Positions 17,425 to 21,774 of a DNA stretch of 21,774 bases are shown here, in pieces. How positions within the stretch are numbered: position 1 is the stretch's first letter; the number at the start of each line of letters is the position of its first letter. Below the pieces are notes generated by a model. That model was not told the DNA's origin. It was given only the letters and a program-made list of their open reading frames with translations, and did no database searches. The translations under genes and the position numbers were made by a program. This DNA comes from Candidatus Baldrarchaeum yapensis (GTDB lineage: Archaea; Asgardarchaeota; Baldrarchaeia; Baldrarchaeales; Baldrarchaeaceae), in assembly GCA_016840465.1 (NCBI GenBank), contig JAEOSH010000038.1, positions 1-21,774 of the forward strand, written 5' to 3'.

Positions 17425-18390
17425 TCAGATGCTACACTTGAGATAGTAGCCTGTGTACGGGTCTCCCTCCAATATCCCTTCGCGCTTCAACTCACGCTTT
17501 ATTTCCAGAAAGACCTCCGGATCTACATCCTTGCCGTACAGCTCCCTGAACTTGGGAGAAATGCACCTTTCCACAAGCTCTATCTCGCTCATCGGACCAT
17601 CCGAAGACCTCAAGCACTCTATCACTATTTTCTTCAAAACCTCCTTGGGATCCCTGTTCTCCTCCTCAATCAACTTTATAAGCCTCGCAAGGGCGGACGC
17701 CACCCTTCTGCCCTCGTCCGTCAACTCCATGATCGGCGCCCTCTTGACGCGCGAGACAACACCCTTCCTCAACAGGCTGTTTACTCTCTTGTACACGGTC
17801 CTGGGCTTTATGCGTGCTCTCTTGATTATTTCCTTCACCGGCGCCATCTTAAGCTCCTTGAGTATGTTGAAGACCTCGAGTTCGCTCTCCCTCGAGCAGA
17901 GCGACGGGTCCTCCTTCTCGATCTTGAAGAAGTTCCCGGCCCGACTCTTAACAACGTACTTCGAAATCCTTCCTATGATACGGGAGATCTCGTTCCACCG
18001 CAGATTCCCCAGAACCTCCCTCACGTCCCTGGGTCCGTCGATCAGCGAGACGAGAGCCAACTCCTCGTAGCACTTGCTGCCATACGGAAACTCGCTCAAG
18101 AAGTACAACTTGTCCAGCATTTTGAAGATCCTTCTACCGAACGCGGTCAACTCAAAGCAACCATCGTCTCTCCTGCTCAGGATCCCCACCCTGATTAGAG
18201 GATCGATGTAACATGTCAGAATAGTGTGCTTGCTGTGAACATGCCCCCTCGCCTTCAACTGCCTCTGCAACTCGGCGATGTCCATCCCACCATTTTCCCC
18301 AAGAAGAAGAATTATGCTCCGCCGGCTGTTGTTCTTAAGTGCATTCAGCACCCTGCATACCGTGTCCCACGAACTCCCAATGACCCGCAT
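17425..18390 (-). CDS. Multi-winged-helix DNA-binding protein
   Basis: ArsR-like N-terminus (LNALKNNSRRSIILLL...LIRVGIL...FELTAFG), an internal HTH (PRTVYKRVNSLLRKGVV) and MELTDEG wing. Start set at ATG 18390 after GGTGA. Confidence 0.72.
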   Translation of the reverse strand: MRVIGSSWDTVCRVLNALKNNSRRSIILLLGENGGMDIAELQRQLKARGHVHSKHTILTCYIDPLIRVGILSRRDDGCFELTAFGRRIFKMLDKLYFLSEFPYGSKCYEELALVSLIDGPRDVREVLGNLRWNEISRIIGRISKYVVKSRAGNFFKIEKEDPSLCSRESELEVFNILKELKMAPVKEIIKRARIKPRTVYKRVNSLLRKGVVSRVKRAPIMELTDEGRRVASALARLIKLIEEENRDPKEVLKKIVIECLRSSDGPMSEIELVERCISPKFRELYGKDVDPEVFLEIKRELKREGILEGDPYTGYYLKCSI

Positions 18391-19109
18391 GTTCACCACT
18401 ACATCACTTCTACTATTATGCATTTTGAATGTAGCATTTAAAAGCACTTCCTTCAGATTGTAGATAACTACTCGCATTAAGCTACACACATTCGCATCGG
18501 CTCCGCATCACGTGTATTCGACAAACCGCTCAATGGAAGTCGAGATCGGAGACGTATAACCAACGGGGTCGTAAAGGGGTCCAAATCGCTGCAAACCCAG
18601 AGAGCAAAACCCCAAGAATAATCTTATCGGACATGAAGCCTTTCGATAAGAGCAGGAGGACCTTGTGACGCCTGAAAAGGATGTCCATTGGATGCCTACC
18701 ATCTTGAGGACAACTAGCATAGTAGGGAGAGCAGGGCATAATAGCCGAGAATCCCGAAGGGTAATACAAATCTTCGTATTCGTGGCTCTACCGTCCACGA
18801 ATCTTGCTAAGAACTTTGTCCGGCGAGAAAGGAATAAACGCGACGGGGGCCATTACTGGGCAAGTGTCCAGCGAAATAACAGCAGGCACTACTGAAGAAG
18901 ACCGAAAACGTCGAAAATCCCGCGTATATGTGGCGAATTTGCTGTCTGCGGAAGTGCTTCTTGCATTGGGGACAATTGCATCAGGCGGTTCGTGTGGCGG
19001 GGGCGCCCCCTCCGCGGTGATAGATTTTAGAATTTAACGTGGAAAGCTATAATAACTGGATGCTTAAGGATAAAAGTGAGCAATACCTCAAAGCTAGGGA
19101 GGACACCAC

Positions 19110-19679
19110 GTGACTCTCGACCATCTGGACAAGAGGCTGATCGAACTCCTCACGAGGGACGGGAGACTGACGCTGACCGAGATAGGCAGGATTCTCGGAA
19201 TATCGCACGTGGCCGCGGGAAAGCGCCTGAGGTCGTTGATAAACAGGGGGATAATAAAGGTCGGCGCCCAGCTGAATCTCAAGAAGATGGGGATAAAGAT
19301 AGCGGTGATAATGGCGGAGGTCGAGAGCAACCGCAAGATGCTCGAAATCGCGGAGAGGTTCTCCAAATGCCCGCGCATGATCCTCCTATGCTCGACCACC
19401 GGTAGGTACAACCTCCTGGGGCTCATGATCGCCGAAAACATGGACACGCTGGAAAGTGTTGTCAACACCTGCGCATTCAGAACCTACGAGGGAATCAGAA
19501 AGAGCGAGGTGCACGTCACCGACATGATATTTCACCCGGAGTTCTTCCCACTGATGGTTATTTCCGAGAAAAAGGAGAAAACGCCGCCATGTGGGGCTGA
19601 TTGTGGAAACTGCGAAAGATACAAGAACAATAAATGCCTGGCATGCCCTCTCACTGTGTTTTACAAGGGCCCCATTTGA
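19110..19679 (+). CDS. Lrp/AsnC-family transcriptional regulator with Cys-rich C-terminal tail
   Basis: LDHLDKRLIELLTRDGRLTLTEIGRILGISHVAAGKRL HTH, a RAM-like domain (TTGRYNLL), then Cx3Cx2Cx7Cx2C. Confidence 0.9.
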   Translation: MTLDHLDKRLIELLTRDGRLTLTEIGRILGISHVAAGKRLRSLINRGIIKVGAQLNLKKMGIKIAVIMAEVESNRKMLEIAERFSKCPRMILLCSTTGRYNLLGLMIAENMDTLESVVNTCAFRTYEGIRKSEVHVTDMIFHPEFFPLMVISEKKEKTPPCGADCGNCERYKNNKCLACPLTVFYKGPI

Positions 19680-19744
19680 TCTCACGGACGCAGAACTATC
19701 ATTTTATCTCGTACGTTTTCTTCGCCGAAGTCTCGGGATGGAAA

Positions 19745-19789
19745 AATATTTGAAAATTTACCACATATTTATAAATATTCTCCAATATT
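19745..19789 (+). promoter_or_regulatory. AT-rich promoter of the AbrB-VapC operon
   Basis: Palindrome ATATTTATAAATAT (19765-19778) containing TTTATAAA; AATATT also at 19745 and 19784. Confidence 0.5.
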
Positions 19790-19812
19790 ACTTAAATCAA
19801 TGGTGAAATGCT

Positions 19813-20046
19813 GTGATAATAGCAAAAATAGATTCGCAACGTAGGTTGTACCTTCCTAAGTCTCTGGGAATATCGGAGAAGAAGGTAATAATAATTCCCA
19901 TTGGGCGGGCATATCTGATGATCCCAGTACCCGAGAAGGCCATAGAAATAGATGTGAAGAAGGATAGCCATGAACTTCTGAAATTGGCGGATAAGCGTGC
20001 GAAGGAAGATGTCATTTCGAGGGCAAGACGTAGAGGACAGCTGTGA
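19813..20046 (+). CDS. vapB: AbrB/MazE/SpoVT-fold antitoxin (VapB-like)
   Basis: AKIDSQRRLYLPKSLG swapped-hairpin motif; small gene 9 nt upstream of a PIN gene. Confidence 0.8.
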   Translation: MIIAKIDSQRRLYLPKSLGISEKKVIIIPIGRAYLMIPVPEKAIEIDVKKDSHELLKLADKRAKEDVISRARRRGQL

Positions 20047-20055
20047 GGGGATGAC

Positions 20056-20487
20056 ATGTTAATAGAGTCCGACATCCTAGTCGCGTACCTAAAAAAGGAG
20101 GACTGGCTGAAAAGCGTTGCAACGCGCGTAATTGAAGACGCAAAAAGTGGGAAGTTCGGAAGGGTGCAGGTATCGACGGAGGTTTTTCACGAACTATACT
20201 ATGTCTTCTCCGAGTATACTTCTCTAGACGTGATAGCGACGGACTTTGCCCATATAATCGGGTTGAAAAACGTGGAGATAGTTCCTGCAACTGCAGAGAT
20301 ATACCTTTCGGCGATAAACCTGATGCTCATGTATAATATTTCATCGATATTCGACGCAATCTACGCCGCCACAGCCCTTTCTCCCATGGTGCCCGATAAC
20401 ACCATTCTTTCGACCGATAGAGTCTACGACAGAATACCCGGGATAAAAAGGATAGACCCGAGGTCGATGTACTCCGAGCACATATGA
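20056..20487 (+). CDS. vapC: PIN-domain toxin VapC
   Basis: LIESDILVAY, STEVFHE, SIFDAIYAATA, ILSTDRVYD; GAGGGG upstream. Confidence 0.88.
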   Translation: MLIESDILVAYLKKEDWLKSVATRVIEDAKSGKFGRVQVSTEVFHELYYVFSEYTSLDVIATDFAHIIGLKNVEIVPATAEIYLSAINLMLMYNISSIFDAIYAATALSPMVPDNTILSTDRVYDRIPGIKRIDPRSMYSEHI

Positions 20488-20569
20488 ACTAGTAATGTGG
20501 GTTGTTTGGATCTCGCGAAAAAGAAGTAGTAAGGTGCATCGTACCTGATCGTAACGCCCATCACCAACC

Positions 20570-21358
20570 TCAGGCAACGATCCTCCGTGGGTTCTTGAAC
20601 AGCATCAACTCTCCCCTACCGGCCCTCAGCGTAAACTCTCCCTTCTTAACCGCCTCAACTCTCCTCTTTATCCTATCCTTGATGTCCGAGTAGTACTTCA
20701 GCATCGCGGCGAACATCAGGGTGACGCGGGTGAGGACCTCATTCGCGGCCGCCTCCTCGTCATAAAACTTGACGTCTATCCTGCCACCCAGATCCAGAAC
20801 CTTCCCGTCAAGCGAAGCTACGGCCTTCTTCTCTCCCCCTTTCAAGAGCTCCCAGTCGGATCCGAGCGTAAACACCTTCTCCTTGAAAATGTAAACCGGG
20901 AACTCCTTCGTCTTCTTGTCGTAGTACGTGAACATCATCACATCCCCGTACTTGAATGGCCTCCGAGCCTTCTCGACCCATATCAGGTACTCGTACCCCG
21001 GAACCATGACCACAAACGAGGGCAGAACGTCGTTCGCCGAGAGGCTCCTCATCGTCTCCAGTGTGACGATCTCCTCTATCGATCCCATCCATCTGCCCTC
21101 CGAGGTGAACGCCCTCACCACAAGACGACCCCTGAGCTCGTTCTCTCCCTTCTTGGACCTCCCGCGCCAGACGTTCTCCCGCCTCGCAACGATCCCGACC
21201 TTTTTATCCTCCTCCTCAATCGCGCCGTAGATATCCATGTCCCTCGTAAACATCCGACTCTTCGCCATCCACTGCTCCTTTTGCCTTATCCCGATCTCCT
21301 CTCCGTGAAGTCCGGTCGCCCAGAAGTCAACAACAAATTTCTTGACCGTGCGGGGCAC
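20570..21358 (-). CDS. Hypothetical beta-rich protein, possibly Tubby-C/LURP-one/scramblase-like
   Basis: Clean 262-aa ORF with a strong coding-like purine bias; repeated beta-hairpin pattern ending in a hydrophobic helix (NEVLTRVTLMFAAML). The fold is inferred. Confidence 0.6.
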   Translation of the reverse strand: MPRTVKKFVVDFWATGLHGEEIGIRQKEQWMAKSRMFTRDMDIYGAIEEEDKKVGIVARRENVWRGRSKKGENELRGRLVVRAFTSEGRWMGSIEEIVTLETMRSLSANDVLPSFVVMVPGYEYLIWVEKARRPFKYGDVMMFTYYDKKTKEFPVYIFKEKVFTLGSDWELLKGGEKKAVASLDGKVLDLGGRIDVKFYDEEAAANEVLTRVTLMFAAMLKYYSDIKDRIKRRVEAVKKGEFTLRAGRGELMLFKNPRRIVA

Positions 21359-21641
21359 CGCAATCCCCCTTGTTTTCCTTTAATATCTTCTCCATCCCAA
21401 ATTTTATCAACTTTTCTTAGTCGGGAGAATCCGCCCACCCCTCACCACAATCTCGGAAAACCACGACATGGTACCGCAAAGGGGACCGACACCCGGACAA
21501 GTAAACATATAACTCCCGGCATTCCAGTTTATAGGGGCGATGAAGAGCCTCCAATCATCTGAGAGGTGAAGAAGTTATCCCCGCCTGAGCCCCACTCCAT
21601 AAGGATCAATGATCCGAATGAAATTTTGGGACATGGGACAC

Positions 21642-21773
21642 TTAGAGCAGAAAGAGACCGCCTTTTATTACGACCTCGCCCTTTATCACATCTAGTTCTA
21701 TCCCCCAAGTCTCCATAGTCGGCGCCCCTATTATCAAATCCGGAAGCCGCATCTCCTTTTCACCAACGAAAAC
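21642..21773 (-). CDS. 3' end of a probable clan AA (retropepsin-like) aspartic protease; 5' part outside the window
   Basis: Hand translation VFVGEKEMRLPDLIIGAPTMETWGIELDVIKGEVVIKGGLFLL*. The D.IIG...ME.WGIELD...G ending resembles archaeal retropepsin-like proteins. The catalytic DTG motif is not visible. Confidence 0.5.
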   Translation of the reverse strand, partial: VFVGEKEMRLPDLIIGAPTMETWGIELDVIKGEVVIKGGLFLL

Positions 21774-21774
21774 C

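Noticed and set aside
18665-18895. 76-aa plus-strand ORF preceded by AGGAGGA
   Set aside because: The RBS-to-GTG spacing is only 4 nt, the product has no recognisable features, and the purine run is equally explained as the antisense of Leu/Val codons.
18690-18985. Recoding (Sec at TGA before CNCPQC; Pyl at several in-frame TAG) to rescue a minus-strand ORF
   Set aside because: It would need multiple read-throughs plus frameshifts; there is no recognisable SECIS and no pyl/sel genes in the window.
18960-19020. Minus-strand GGGGGCGCCCCC...CGAACCGCC, loosely like the SRP RNA Alu domain
   Set aside because: No helix-8 GGAA tetraloop / SRP54-binding motif downstream, and no loop available for the Alu pseudoknot. 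RNase P P4 motifs were not found either.
19076-19405. 109-aa highly charged ORF overlapping the Lrp gene
   Set aside because: Alternative frame of the Lrp gene; low-complexity R/D/G composition typical of off-frame translation. The same applies to 20808-21092.

Overview
Archaeal genomic window: GGTGA/GGAGG ribosome-binding sites, archaeal-type TpiA, AbrB-PhoU and an ADP-forming acyl-CoA synthetase alpha chain. The lineage cannot be fixed from sequence alone. Left to right: the end of a phosphate ABC locus (pstC partial, pstS, divergent phoU); acdA-type CoA ligase alpha subunit, divergent from maoC-maoC-4-hydroxybutyryl-CoA dehydratase; an RHH-PIN toxin-antitoxin pair with a tandem operator; 3-methyladenine glycosylase; an MNT-HEPN pair with a frameshifted HEPN; an operon of a U32-like TIM-barrel protein and two tandem DapA-family aldolase/formaldehyde-activating-enzyme (Fae) fusions, followed by tpiA; a membrane-bound alkaline-phosphatase-superfamily protein resembling GPI ethanolamine-phosphate transferases; a tRNA-binding OB protein; a multi-winged-helix protein; an Lrp regulator with a Cys-rich tail; an AbrB-VapC pair; a possible Tubby/LURP-like barrel protein; and the 3' end of a clan AA aspartic-protease-like gene. 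The best candidate for an undescribed system is the U32-like + 2x(aldolase-Fae) operon. Both aldolase domains look intact but are not DapA-type, and the two Fae domains have lost complementary sets of conserved motifs, suggesting a hetero-oligomeric, formaldehyde-channelling aldolase linked to tetrahydromethanopterin. No tRNA, rRNA, CRISPR array or transposase was recognised. All family assignments come from motif recognition by eye, not database searches.
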